From positions 173,725 through 237,724 of IMG/VR virus record IMGVR_UViG_3300042291_000844: a stretch of 64,000 nt of DNA; one strand, written 5' to 3'. Position 1 is the stretch's first letter. Each line of letters opens with the position of its first letter. Shown here piece by piece: positions 35,348 to 44,605 of this stretch. The stretch is from a virus (Duplodnaviria; Caudoviricetes). Under the pieces are notes generated by a model. That model was given only the letters and a program-made list of their open reading frames with translations. It ran no database searches and had not been told where the DNA came from. Position numbers and translations under genes: made by a program.

Positions 35348-36228
35348 TATTTGATAAACCCTGCGGATTTCAATGCCCTAGCATTTAATACCCACTGTTT
35401 TCCTATTGGGTTGTAAATAGGTTTGCGTAAAAATTGGTCAATAGATGTTTGAATGTTTCGTGCGATGGGTTTATCAGATGTTACAACCTTTCCGGCTTTT
35501 TTATCCTTAAAACTATAAATGTTTTTACTATAATTAGTATTATCAACAATTACAAAATTTCCACCAAACATACCTTGAAATGCACCTAAATTATTTTGAC
35601 AATCCTTCCAGATTTTATTTACTAAATCATCGGATAATGTCCTATCTCTTTCTGCATTTCTCTTTAACGCAACCTCCAGCGAAGTATTTACGAATACCAT
35701 ATAACAATCGTATCCTAAACTTTCTGCATGTTCTTTCTTTTTCTTTATTTTAGTAACCTCATCACCAGTACCATCGATAACCATACCCAATCTACCTGCT
35801 TCATAAAAAGCTCTTTGTTTATTGGTTAAGTTTTTTGCATGGTTTCTAATTGAGTTTTTATTATCCTCTCCTGCAATCATATCCCAAAGTTCAGGATTTT
35901 CTTTTTCAATCGTACCTAAATCTTTTGAATTGATTCCGTTATCCTTTAATCCCTTTTCAAATAGACTATCAGAGTTAACTAATTTTAATCCCCCAGCAGA
36001 TACTGCTGACATTGTTTTATGCGATACCCCAAAAATCTCATTTGCAATGAAAGATTTACCACTACCTGGTCCACCTGCCATAAATACACATTTTAGGATG
36101 CCGGGGTCATCTACACCTTCAAGTATTAAATGTTCAATAATAGATTCCTTTATGGACATCATTTCAGATTCCATATCAAACATATTATCAACTATAACTG
36201 CTTCTGCAATTAATTTCTTAATACTCAT
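35347..36228 (-). CDS. Zeta-toxin-like P-loop kinase with N-terminal extension
   Basis: MAGGPGSGKS, VNSD, VIDGTG, FVNTSLEVALKRNAER. Confidence 0.75.
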   Translation of the reverse strand: MSIKKLIAEAVIVDNMFDMESEMMSIKESIIEHLILEGVDDPGILKCVFMAGGPGSGKSFIANEIFGVSHKTMSAVSAGGLKLVNSDSLFEKGLKDNGINSKDLGTIEKENPELWDMIAGEDNKNSIRNHAKNLTNKQRAFYEAGRLGMVIDGTGDEVTKIKKKKEHAESLGYDCYMVFVNTSLEVALKRNAERDRTLSDDLVNKIWKDCQNNLGAFQGMFGGNFVIVDNTNYSKNIYSFKDKKAGKVVTSDKPIARNIQTSIDQFLRKPIYNPIGKQWVLNARALKSAGFIK

Positions 36229-36237
36229 AAGTTCTCC

Positions 36238-36498
36238 TTATTTCTTAGTAGCAGTTTTTTTAGCCTTTACTGATTTAGCAACTGTCTCTACTACATTAAT
36301 TGCAGTTTCGTTTTGAGTAGCAATTTCTTGTCCTTGTTTAGTTACTTTTTTTGCTTTAGCAATTCCAGTTTTAACTTTATCAGTTACTTTCTTTGCTTCC
36401 GGTGCAATTACTTCCACTTCGTTTACAAATTTTTCAACTGAATTTTCAATCTGTTCTGCTTTAGAGAAAAGATTCTTAATGAATGCGAATAATCCCAT
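36238..36498 (-). CDS. Small K/A/T-rich protein
   Basis: 86 aa; TATTTATA motif upstream. Confidence 0.7.
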   Translation of the reverse strand: MGLFAFIKNLFSKAEQIENSVEKFVNEVEVIAPEAKKVTDKVKTGIAKAKKVTKQGQEIATQNETAINVVETVAKSVKAKKTATKK

Positions 36499-36548
36499 AA
36501 TTTTTGGTTTTTGGTTTGTTAATAAATATAAATATAAAATTTTAAAAG

Positions 36549-36824
36549 TTATTCTTCACCATATAATGACCATTTTTTCTCTGGTTCTGGTTGTATAACT
36601 CTCTCTTCGGTATCTATAATGTACGTGAATCCTTCTCTAGCATCCATATAGAACTGCGTATTACCGGTCTTTTGGTAAACATACTCCAATACTTCAGTTA
36701 GGGATTGTAGTGTGACTTGAGGGTTGTCAAGAGGTTGCCACCTATCTCCAGGTGGAACTCTCTTAGCAATTTTTGTTTTAACCTCTTCTTGTATGATTTC
36801 TAATTGTTTTCCCATACTATTCAA
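36549..36824 (-). CDS. Hypothetical protein
   Basis: 91 aa. Confidence 0.7.
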   Translation of the reverse strand: MNSMGKQLEIIQEEVKTKIAKRVPPGDRWQPLDNPQVTLQSLTEVLEYVYQKTGNTQFYMDAREGFTYIIDTEERVIQPEPEKKWSLYGEE

Positions 36825-37029
36825 TTACTCTTAGTACTCTACTTTCTTTAGCACCACTTACTTTGTAATCAATTTGAACACCTGCTTTTTCAAAATCCTT
36901 AACAACTCTTGCTTCCGCTTCGGTTACTGATTGTGCATCTACTAAATAAATTTCTTTATTTTTCTTTTCTTTACCATTTTTAAGTGTGGCAACCACCACT
37001 TCAACTGCAACTTCAAAATACTTGTTCAT
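36817..37029 (-). CDS. DUF4494-family protein (Bacteroidota)
   Basis: YFEV.V...KEIYLVDAQSVTEAEARV. Confidence 0.8.
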   Translation of the reverse strand: MNKYFEVAVEVVVATLKNGKEKKNKEIYLVDAQSVTEAEARVVKDFEKAGVQIDYKVSGAKESRVLRVIE

Positions 37030-37061
37030 ACGTTTTTTTGTTTAAATTATTAATTATAAGT

Positions 37062-37095
37062 CCAAAGATACGAAATCTTTTTCAATTTTCCAAAT
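37062..37095 (-). promoter_or_regulatory. Bacteroidota-type promoter (TATCTTTG)
   Basis: Canonical -33/-7. Confidence 0.8.
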
Positions 37096-37416
37096 TTATT
37101 TTATAGGTTTTTTCCAAGTCATACCATAAAACCCATAATTTATTTGAATAGATTCTTCATCCCCCAATGCTACAGCTTCTCTTTCATCTCTATAAATTGC
37201 ATCCACAGGACATTCAGGTACACATGCACCACAATCTATACATTCAGCTGGGTTGATGTATAATTGTTTACCTACCTTTTCTTCATCAGTTAATGATAAG
37301 GCATCTTGTCCTCTATCATCAATTCTAAATGGTCCGTTGATTACATCTACGGGACATACTGTTACACACGCTCCATCTATACAACTTATACACGCTTTAC
37401 CTATTATATAACTCAT
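37096..37416 (-). CDS. 4Fe-4S dicluster (7Fe-type) ferredoxin
   Basis: CISCIDGACVTVCPVD and CIDCGACVPECPVDAI. Confidence 0.92.
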   Translation of the reverse strand: MSYIIGKACISCIDGACVTVCPVDVINGPFRIDDRGQDALSLTDEEKVGKQLYINPAECIDCGACVPECPVDAIYRDEREAVALGDEESIQINYGFYGMTWKKPIK

Positions 37417-37979
37417 TAATATTCGTATTCTTTTTTCGGACCAGTTAAGTTACCATTTAATAAGAATGAACAATTAAAACATAGCATTCTTAAATTATCA
37501 TATTTGTGATTACATCTATTACCATCTGCGAAATCTAATACCAATGGAACTTTACCATCAGTAATTCTTTTTTCCTCAAACCCACAACTATTACATTTTT
37601 CTAACATATAACCATTTAGTAGTAATCTTTGTTTTAATTTCCAAATTGGATAATCTGGATATTTACCTGCTACAATATCATCTAATGAAAATTTACCTCT
37701 TTTGATATTAAATCCTTTACGAATTCCTTTACCATCGGGATTCTTTAGATTTTCAAAAATACCATATTGTCTTGCGTATTTTTTATAGGTGTTATATGAT
37801 ATACCTAACACCCTTGCTGCTTCCATTGCAGAACGAGCCTTTGATTGTGCATCTTTGATTTCGGATTCCATTATAGGTTTAGCACCCAATCCTCTTTTCA
37901 TTCTCCTACTATTACCAGCCAAAGAAAGATTCTTAGTTGGGTCAAAGTTAGGGAATATCTTTTCCTCATTATTTTCCAT
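37416..37979 (-). CDS. HTH + HNH-like zinc domain protein, probably catalytically altered
   Basis: AARVLGISYNTY; CNSC..LVLDFADGN..N..NLRMLCFNC (Phe at the usual His position). Confidence 0.7.
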   Translation of the reverse strand: MENNEEKIFPNFDPTKNLSLAGNSRRMKRGLGAKPIMESEIKDAQSKARSAMEAARVLGISYNTYKKYARQYGIFENLKNPDGKGIRKGFNIKRGKFSLDDIVAGKYPDYPIWKLKQRLLLNGYMLEKCNSCGFEEKRITDGKVPLVLDFADGNRCNHKYDNLRMLCFNCSFLLNGNLTGPKKEYEY

Positions 37980-38043
37980 AGTAACTATATTTTATTATAA
38001 GTATAGTGTAGAATAATTTTTGTATGAAAATGAGTAAAATATA

Positions 38044-39192
38044 TTATAATAGTATTGTTTTGTGAAATTTATTTAGCATATCAAAACCTTTATTTGATAT
38101 TTCATATGCTAATAATGAATTGTGTAATAATCTATTTTTATTTTGATTTCTGAATTCTAAAATATCTAATTCTGATACTCGTTTTAATTCCTTGCACATT
38201 TCTTTTAAACGTTGATGTGGATTTACTATATTTTCATATGAGTTATGATTTATAAAATCATCAAATAAATCAAACCCAAAATTTCTCAATATAGTATTCA
38301 ATCCTTTTAGTCCATATATCATAGGAAGTTGATAAGCAAGAAATGGTTTTATTGTTTTTTCAGTAAAGGTTATTAATCCATATTCAGAATTATCGCCCTT
38401 TACTAATCCAGTTACATTTTCCGTAATAAAATTTAAAGGTAAATTATAACTATTATCTATTTTATTTTGAATCCATATTGGTTCACTTGAATCGTAATCT
38501 AATATCTTTGGAACTTGTTCTTTTTTTAATATTGTATAATCTGATTCAGTTATATAATTATTTTCTAATAATTCAATTAACATTTCATCATATACTTTTT
38601 TATTAAATTGATATCCACCTGTTGGATTACTCGTATAAAATAAAAATGATGTGTGGGCGTTATTGATATTATGTTTTTTCATTTCTAAAAAAAATAATAT
38701 TCTTTGCATTCTAAGACTTCCATTAAATGACATAAACCCATTTTTCATTTTATTCTCTTGATGATTTTTTTCAACTTTTATATATGAATCAGATGATGTA
38801 TTCATGAATCCATAAAACGTCAATTCATGTCCATAAATACATTCATATTTAACATTAACTTTATTTAAATAATTAGATAAATCACTATCTACAAATAGAT
38901 AAAATTTATTAGGAATGGAATCCGTTAGTTCTTTAAAATAATCTAAAAATATTTGTAAGTTACCACTTTCAGTAGTTATATCAACTACAAATTTAGTAGT
39001 ATCTTTCGTGTATTTTTTTATATTTTCAAAATTATCCTGCACACCTTCTCTATGTAAATGAATAATATCATATTGACCGGTGGCAGTATCAATATCATCA
39101 TAATCAATATAAAATCGTGCAAATATTCGATTTAGTTGATTGTTTACATCTAATATTCTTATATCTGAATTAGTTATCATCTCTAACAACAT
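38044..39192 (-). CDS. Conserved phage protein, paralog of 4942..6108
   Basis: FMSFNG..R..R, FITEN, FTEKTIKPF...PMI. Confidence 0.55.
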   Translation of the reverse strand: MLLEMITNSDIRILDVNNQLNRIFARFYIDYDDIDTATGQYDIIHLHREGVQDNFENIKKYTKDTTKFVVDITTESGNLQIFLDYFKELTDSIPNKFYLFVDSDLSNYLNKVNVKYECIYGHELTFYGFMNTSSDSYIKVEKNHQENKMKNGFMSFNGSLRMQRILFFLEMKKHNINNAHTSFLFYTSNPTGGYQFNKKVYDEMLIELLENNYITESDYTILKKEQVPKILDYDSSEPIWIQNKIDNSYNLPLNFITENVTGLVKGDNSEYGLITFTEKTIKPFLAYQLPMIYGLKGLNTILRNFGFDLFDDFINHNSYENIVNPHQRLKEMCKELKRVSELDILEFRNQNKNRLLHNSLLAYEISNKGFDMLNKFHKTILL

Positions 39193-40201
39193 CTAATGTT
39201 ACGCAATGTGGTCCACCACTAAACGTTCTAGCATGTCTCATTTTTACAGGGATTGATTCAATACCCCATTTTTTTAATTCCCTCATTAATAATGCTTGGT
39301 TTTCTTCAACCATACATAATCTATCATTAATAGGTAATATATTCATACCCAACCACGGGGAAGCAGGACACCAATCTTCCATTACTTGAGTTGCGTATGG
39401 TTCTGGTGCCCAAATTTTATCAAAATCATTTAACATCTGAGGACAGTTTGTCCAATTCACCCTTGATGGGTTAAGCATCACTAATCCTTCTCTTAGGAAT
39501 ACAAAAGTTGTATCAATATGAATGTATGCATAAACATTTTCAGCAGTATGAACTTTATATTCATTACCAAATGTTTCTTTACAATAATTTTCTAACCAAA
39601 TTGCACCATCTTTATTTCCAGTATTACTTACTAAATATAATAAATCATTATTGTGTTTAATAACGTTTGCTGCATCAAAGACGGGTTCACCATTTAATAG
39701 AGTGGGTATTTTTAAATTATCTCTCTGATAAATAGAATCTAATAATTTTGGTTTAGGTGCTTCCACCCAATGATTCGGGTCAAATAATCTTTTACAAGTT
39801 TCTGCTTCATTTGAACGATGACGGAGTGTCATAGGAGTTGCGATTACTTTATCATTAATAACCAACATTGAATCGCGAGGACAATAATTATAGTAACCAT
39901 CCACTTCCCAATCATCGGTCTTAATTGGTTGTGAGAAATCTCTTTCATCTGGTCTATGTACTTTTATACCAAGTGATTGTAAAGTTCTTGCTATTTCATT
40001 TAAATCCTGCTCGGTTTCCTCCATTATTTTTTCAGGATATGGACCAGAGGGTCTTTTAGCAAATTCTTCATTCGATAAATGTGCATAATCTATACTATGT
40101 AAACATTTATCACCAATTGTTGGTACTTGTGCACCAATTGGACTACCTACGATGATTTCACGTAATTGACCCCATTCGTTTCGTACTTGTGGCTTTATCA
40201 T
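39170..40201 (-). CDS. Amidinotransferase (glycine/inosamine-phosphate, StrB1/AGAT family)
   Basis: EWGQLREIIVG, YCPRD, FDAAN, HIDTT, GGPHCVTLD (catalytic Cys/His/Asp). Confidence 0.9.
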   Translation of the reverse strand: MIKPQVRNEWGQLREIIVGSPIGAQVPTIGDKCLHSIDYAHLSNEEFAKRPSGPYPEKIMEETEQDLNEIARTLQSLGIKVHRPDERDFSQPIKTDDWEVDGYYNYCPRDSMLVINDKVIATPMTLRHRSNEAETCKRLFDPNHWVEAPKPKLLDSIYQRDNLKIPTLLNGEPVFDAANVIKHNNDLLYLVSNTGNKDGAIWLENYCKETFGNEYKVHTAENVYAYIHIDTTFVFLREGLVMLNPSRVNWTNCPQMLNDFDKIWAPEPYATQVMEDWCPASPWLGMNILPINDRLCMVEENQALLMRELKKWGIESIPVKMRHARTFSGGPHCVTLDVVRDDN

Positions 40202-41064
40202 ATTATTTTAGTTTTTAGTTTAAAATCTTTTAATTCTTTCCAATTTATATCTATCTTTTCTAAATTAATCAATCCTAACTCAATTAAAGTATTATAAATA
40301 GTCATTGCAACAATTTTATTACTTACATATCCATTATGTAAATCCCCATCAATTCCATCGGTTTCACATTTTATTGATAAATTATTATAAGCTGAAAATT
40401 GATTAAAATCATTTGATTTTTTAAAATATTCACCATCTCCAAATATAAAGTTTTTACCAATATTTCCTTCAAACACATCACTAACGTAAAAATAATTCAA
40501 TTGGTGTAGTTTTAAATAACTAGAAAAGAATTCAATATTTTGAAAAAGTAATTTATGTTCCTTTTGTAAATCTAATGTATGTTGAAAAAATTCTAAAAAC
40601 ATTGATTTATAGTTTTTTAGATTATTTTCCACTTCAAAGGTTTCATAACCATATGAATTAGCTAAATTAACTTCATCTTTAAGTTTACCAGTATTCCAAT
40701 CAAACCAATAATTTAATACTATATAATCTTGTATTGGGTTAAACCAATATTCGGTTCTACCTAATCCAGCGTATTCAATTATAAAAATATGTTCATCTTT
40801 GTTAAAATCTGGAGTGTTAATTATTTGATAAATTTGTCTGAATGTTCTATCATTTCCATATCCATTTTTAGCATAGTTAATAACTTTAATATCCTTATTT
40901 AATATTTTTTTAAGTTGACCAGGATATGAAAAATTAAATTGAGTTAATGGGGTTTCTAATCCTTCATATAAATTATTACGTGGATTTTTATGGCCATCAA
41001 ATTCAAACCCACCACCTGCGGTGAATGATGTACCAAAACAATTGATATATTTAATTTTTGACAT
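40198..41064 (-). CDS. SGNH/GDSL-fold protein
   Basis: FGTSFTAGGG, NYAKNGYGN, DLH. Confidence 0.7.
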   Translation of the reverse strand: MSKIKYINCFGTSFTAGGGFEFDGHKNPRNNLYEGLETPLTQFNFSYPGQLKKILNKDIKVINYAKNGYGNDRTFRQIYQIINTPDFNKDEHIFIIEYAGLGRTEYWFNPIQDYIVLNYWFDWNTGKLKDEVNLANSYGYETFEVENNLKNYKSMFLEFFQHTLDLQKEHKLLFQNIEFFSSYLKLHQLNYFYVSDVFEGNIGKNFIFGDGEYFKKSNDFNQFSAYNNLSIKCETDGIDGDLHNGYVSNKIVAMTIYNTLIELGLINLEKIDINWKELKDFKLKTKII

Positions 41065-41275
41065 TGGTTTTTTTCAATCCGTATTTAATCCAACGATACC
41101 AAATTCTTTCGTGTATATAATATTGGATGGGTTTATAAATCAATTCTGCCACTCCAAATGCAGTTCCAATTTTAATTGAACCACTTATCCACCACATCAA
41201 CAAGAACCCAATTAAGGTACTTAAAATTCGATATGAGATGGTTTTAGCAATGTGTCTTCTTTTATCTACGGTCAT
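41051..41275 (-). CDS. DUF2061-family small membrane protein
   Basis: RHIAKTISYRILST...YYIHERIW. Confidence 0.85.
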   Translation of the reverse strand: MTVDKRRHIAKTISYRILSTLIGFLLMWWISGSIKIGTAFGVAELIYKPIQYYIHERIWYRWIKYGLKKTNVKN

Positions 41276-41670
41276 AACTTACCATCTGTTTTCAATTGTT
41301 CTCTGATAGCAGTTGCAGATATTTCCTTTATCTCATCCGGAGGACAATGTTCTATCACATCATATCCAACTCCTCTGCCAATATTGATTGATTCAATATC
41401 AGGTATGATAATAATTTTAACTTTACCTTCTTGAATTATATCTAATAATTCATGTGTAAGATTTTGTAATACTTCTAATGGAGTCCACGGGTTTTTCTCA
41501 TCTGGTTCTACATCTCTAATACAAATTAGAACTTTCTTACCCTCATTCAATCTTTGGTCGATTAACCAACGATGTCCTGCATGCCAGGGTTGCCATCTAC
41601 CAATGTACATTGAATACTTTACATCATTTGATGATGATTTAAACGCTGCTTGTGCTAGATACTTTTTCAT
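41272..41670 (-). CDS. Minimal HIGH-type nucleotidyltransferase (ATP-sulfurylase/cytidylyltransferase-like)
   Basis: IGRWQPWHAGH and ISATAIR. Confidence 0.75.
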   Translation of the reverse strand: MKKYLAQAAFKSSSNDVKYSMYIGRWQPWHAGHRWLIDQRLNEGKKVLICIRDVEPDEKNPWTPLEVLQNLTHELLDIIQEGKVKIIIIPDIESINIGRGVGYDVIEHCPPDEIKEISATAIREQLKTDGKL

Positions 41671-42461
41671 TGTAATTTATTTTTTATTTTATTATATATT
41701 TCTACGGCTATCGATTCGTGCCCTTTAATATTTGGATGATAATCATTTGAATCTTTTATAATATCAATTATACGTTCATTTTTATTTGATACAAATGATG
41801 ATAACCCATGTTGTTGACCATAATTTACCTTACTATTATTTTTTGTCATAAAGATAGAATTATCAATAATAACAGGTTCATCATAAATACCCATCCAAAA
41901 TGGATTTTCAAGATAAATAACCATAAAATTAATTTTTTTGTACAATAATTTATATAATAAATTTACAAATTGTTTATCTCTACTAATTAAAAAATCTTTT
42001 TCATTAAAATGAGTTTCTAAAAATTTCTCCCACAACTTAAATTCGATTGGTTCTAACTGCATACCATATGTGTAATCAGTTGTCATCATTACTGAGTATC
42101 CTTCATTCTTTGGGTCTTTCCCATCAGTTGGACCCCAATTAGTTACGATGTATTGATTTCTAGTAGAATCCCATAATTCAGTTCTACCCCAACCTGAATA
42201 CTCTAATATAAGTAATTTATCAGAAACATCTTCATTTTCGATTATTTCTTCAACATTGCGAATTAGGTAATCAATGCCACTCCCACACTTACCTAAATTT
42301 CTAACTATTGTATTTGATATTTTATTTAAATGAGATGGCCAAGATACCTCCGATTGTTTATCGTATATTATATTTTGTTTTTTATAATATTCTTTTACTA
42401 ATGGGTCGTATAACCCACCGCCTTCAGTATATGATGTACCAATACAAATAATTTCCTTCAT
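41667..42461 (-). CDS. SGNH/GDSL-fold protein
   Basis: IGTSYTEGGG, NLGKCGSG, DYHP. Confidence 0.75.
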   Translation of the reverse strand: MKEIICIGTSYTEGGGLYDPLVKEYYKKQNIIYDKQSEVSWPSHLNKISNTIVRNLGKCGSGIDYLIRNVEEIIENEDVSDKLLILEYSGWGRTELWDSTRNQYIVTNWGPTDGKDPKNEGYSVMMTTDYTYGMQLEPIEFKLWEKFLETHFNEKDFLISRDKQFVNLLYKLLYKKINFMVIYLENPFWMGIYDEPVIIDNSIFMTKNNSKVNYGQQHGLSSFVSNKNERIIDIIKDSNDYHPNIKGHESIAVEIYNKIKNKLQ

Positions 42462-42471
42462 TATAAATAAA

Positions 42472-42942
42472 TTATAATTTATTAATTTTATTGAGATTAT
42501 TTATTAATTTTGAAAATGAGGTATCCGGTGAATCCTTTGTAGTATTAATATCAATAAAGTTCACTTGTGGTTGTTCGTAGTTAGAAACGTGAAAATGGTC
42601 TCTTTCTCTTGCTTCGGTAGTATGTACAAATATTTCAACAATATCTTTACCGATTTTATCTTTGAATTCTTCTCTTAAATCTAAATATGGAGCTACTAAT
42701 GATACTACCACATCACATTCGCATGTATGTAAGTATTCTACTAATGCTTGTGCATTTTTAATATTAGTACGTCTACCTTGCTCTGAATAATCTTTATTTT
42801 GGTAGATTTCCCTTAGATGGTCACCATCAACATGGAAAACTGATTTTCTCCAATTACGTTTTTCAGTTTGTAAAAACTTATGTAACTTACCACCTAAAAC
42901 TGTCTTTCCTGCTGCAGGTTGACCTGTAAACCAATATATCAT
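42472..42942 (-). CDS. cysC: Adenylyl-sulfate kinase
   Basis: WFTGQPAAGKT, DGDHLR, VVSLVAPY, YEQP. Confidence 0.85.
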   Translation of the reverse strand: MIYWFTGQPAAGKTVLGGKLHKFLQTEKRNWRKSVFHVDGDHLREIYQNKDYSEQGRRTNIKNAQALVEYLHTCECDVVVSLVAPYLDLREEFKDKIGKDIVEIFVHTTEARERDHFHVSNYEQPQVNFIDINTTKDSPDTSFSKLINNLNKINKL

Positions 42943-43724
42943 AACTTATTCTCTCTTTTTATTTTATATCCTTTTATGTGATATGCTTTATCATGTGATT
43001 CACACACAATATAATTACCATCAAAAAATTCATGTACTGCTTTAACAACACCAACGTGAATTTTAGTATCGCCAAAAAGATAAGTATCATTTTTTAACAT
43101 TTCTTCAGTTGTATTTTTCATATCATATTGTTCATACGAATCCATACCCCCACTAAAATCATCAAAAATCATTATACCACCATCTTTTAATTTATTATAT
43201 CCGTTTTCTACATCAGATTTAACAATATCATACTCGTGACCACCGTCAATGAATACAATATCATAATAATTGTTTTCAACATTATGAATTTGTTCTCTTG
43301 AATCTCCTTCAAATACTGTAATGATATCATCTACTTTGAATTTTCTTGCTTCTGACCATAGATGTGCTTTCCATGTTTCTGGGTTACTCTCATCGTATGC
43401 CCATTCTTCTTCAATATCGACGGTGAGATTACCTTTAAACCAATCAATGATATGAAGTTCTCCATTAATCATTGGTAATTTTAATATCTTTGCATTCTCA
43501 ACTGCATCCCATCCTTGAGCACATCCAATTTGTAATACTCTTGGTTTGTTGTATGTATTATTATCATCTACTCCCCAAAATTTAGCAACTAAATGGGTAT
43601 AGATAAACGCAGAAATCCACGGAAGTGGTAAGTTCCAATCATTAGGATGAAAGGTTTTTCGTTCATTTGCAGTAACAAAATACTCACTCATATCTAATGG
43701 TGGTATTGTTTTAAATCTTGACAT
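42939..43724 (-). CDS. Class I SAM-dependent methyltransferase (Methyltransf_24-like)
   Basis: LQIGCAQG, FEGDS, FIDGGHEY..V..D, LKDGGIMIFDD. Confidence 0.85.
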   Translation of the reverse strand: MSRFKTIPPLDMSEYFVTANERKTFHPNDWNLPLPWISAFIYTHLVAKFWGVDDNNTYNKPRVLQIGCAQGWDAVENAKILKLPMINGELHIIDWFKGNLTVDIEEEWAYDESNPETWKAHLWSEARKFKVDDIITVFEGDSREQIHNVENNYYDIVFIDGGHEYDIVKSDVENGYNKLKDGGIMIFDDFSGGMDSYEQYDMKNTTEEMLKNDTYLFGDTKIHVGVVKAVHEFFDGNYIVCESHDKAYHIKGYKIKRENKL

Positions 43725-43740
43725 AACTTATTTTATTTAT

Positions 43741-44589
43741 CTATGATAGTAGCGAATAATATTCTTTAAAGTGTTTTATTCTGTCTGGTAATCCAATTGT
43801 ACCACCATTTACTCTTTTAGTAATTTTTGTTACTACTGCATCACTAGCTCCTTCATCTGCAATCTTATGTAATCCATTTTTAGAAAAGAACCATGCTGCT
43901 GATGCAAGTGCATATTGTGATGCAACTAACTCTGGATTAGCACACACATCTACTCCGATTGATTTACCAAATGCAGTATAGTTTTCTTTTCCTGTTAATT
44001 GAATGTATCCTCTACCACAAAACTTTGCACCTTCACCACTTGCTTCCGTTCCATTACCCATTCTATTTGAGTAAACTTTGTTTGCAATCTTTGCAGGTTG
44101 TCTTTCGTATGCTTTAGCTAGGGCTTCAGTTGGGAAATACTTTTTGAATATACCCATTAATCCCTTTGCAGAATAGTTTAGATTTTCTTTTGTTAAACGG
44201 AATCCACCGCTCTCATGTCCACATTGTGCAAGAAAGTGTGCTACTCTTAATGGAGTATTAATACTAAACTTAGTTGCCACTTCTGGAATTGAATCAATTA
44301 CTGATTGAGGAACGTGTCCTTTAAGTTTATCTAATTTCAATCCACTTGTAGATGGAGTTGATATCGGAGTTGATACTACTGGTTTTGGTGTTACTTCAAC
44401 ACTCTCACCCATAATCATTTTCCATGTCTTATCACCAACTATACCATCGGGTGTCAATCCATTTTTTGTTTGAAATGCTTTTACTGCCTCTTCGGTTTTA
44501 GGACCAAAATTGGTAACTGCTGGAGATATCCCCAACTTTTCTTGCATTAATTTTACATTTTCGTTATTGTCACCTTTTTTTAATAACAT
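43741..44589 (-). CDS. Endolysin: peptidoglycan-binding domain + GH19 lysozyme/chitinase
   Basis: FGPKTEEAVKAFQ..GLTPDGIVG; HFLAQCGHESGG, ENLNYS, GRGYIQLTG. Confidence 0.92.
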   Translation of the reverse strand: MLLKKGDNNENVKLMQEKLGISPAVTNFGPKTEEAVKAFQTKNGLTPDGIVGDKTWKMIMGESVEVTPKPVVSTPISTPSTSGLKLDKLKGHVPQSVIDSIPEVATKFSINTPLRVAHFLAQCGHESGGFRLTKENLNYSAKGLMGIFKKYFPTEALAKAYERQPAKIANKVYSNRMGNGTEASGEGAKFCGRGYIQLTGKENYTAFGKSIGVDVCANPELVASQYALASAAWFFSKNGLHKIADEGASDAVVTKITKRVNGGTIGLPDRIKHFKEYYSLLS

Positions 44590-44605
44590 ACATATCTCCT
44601 ATTCT

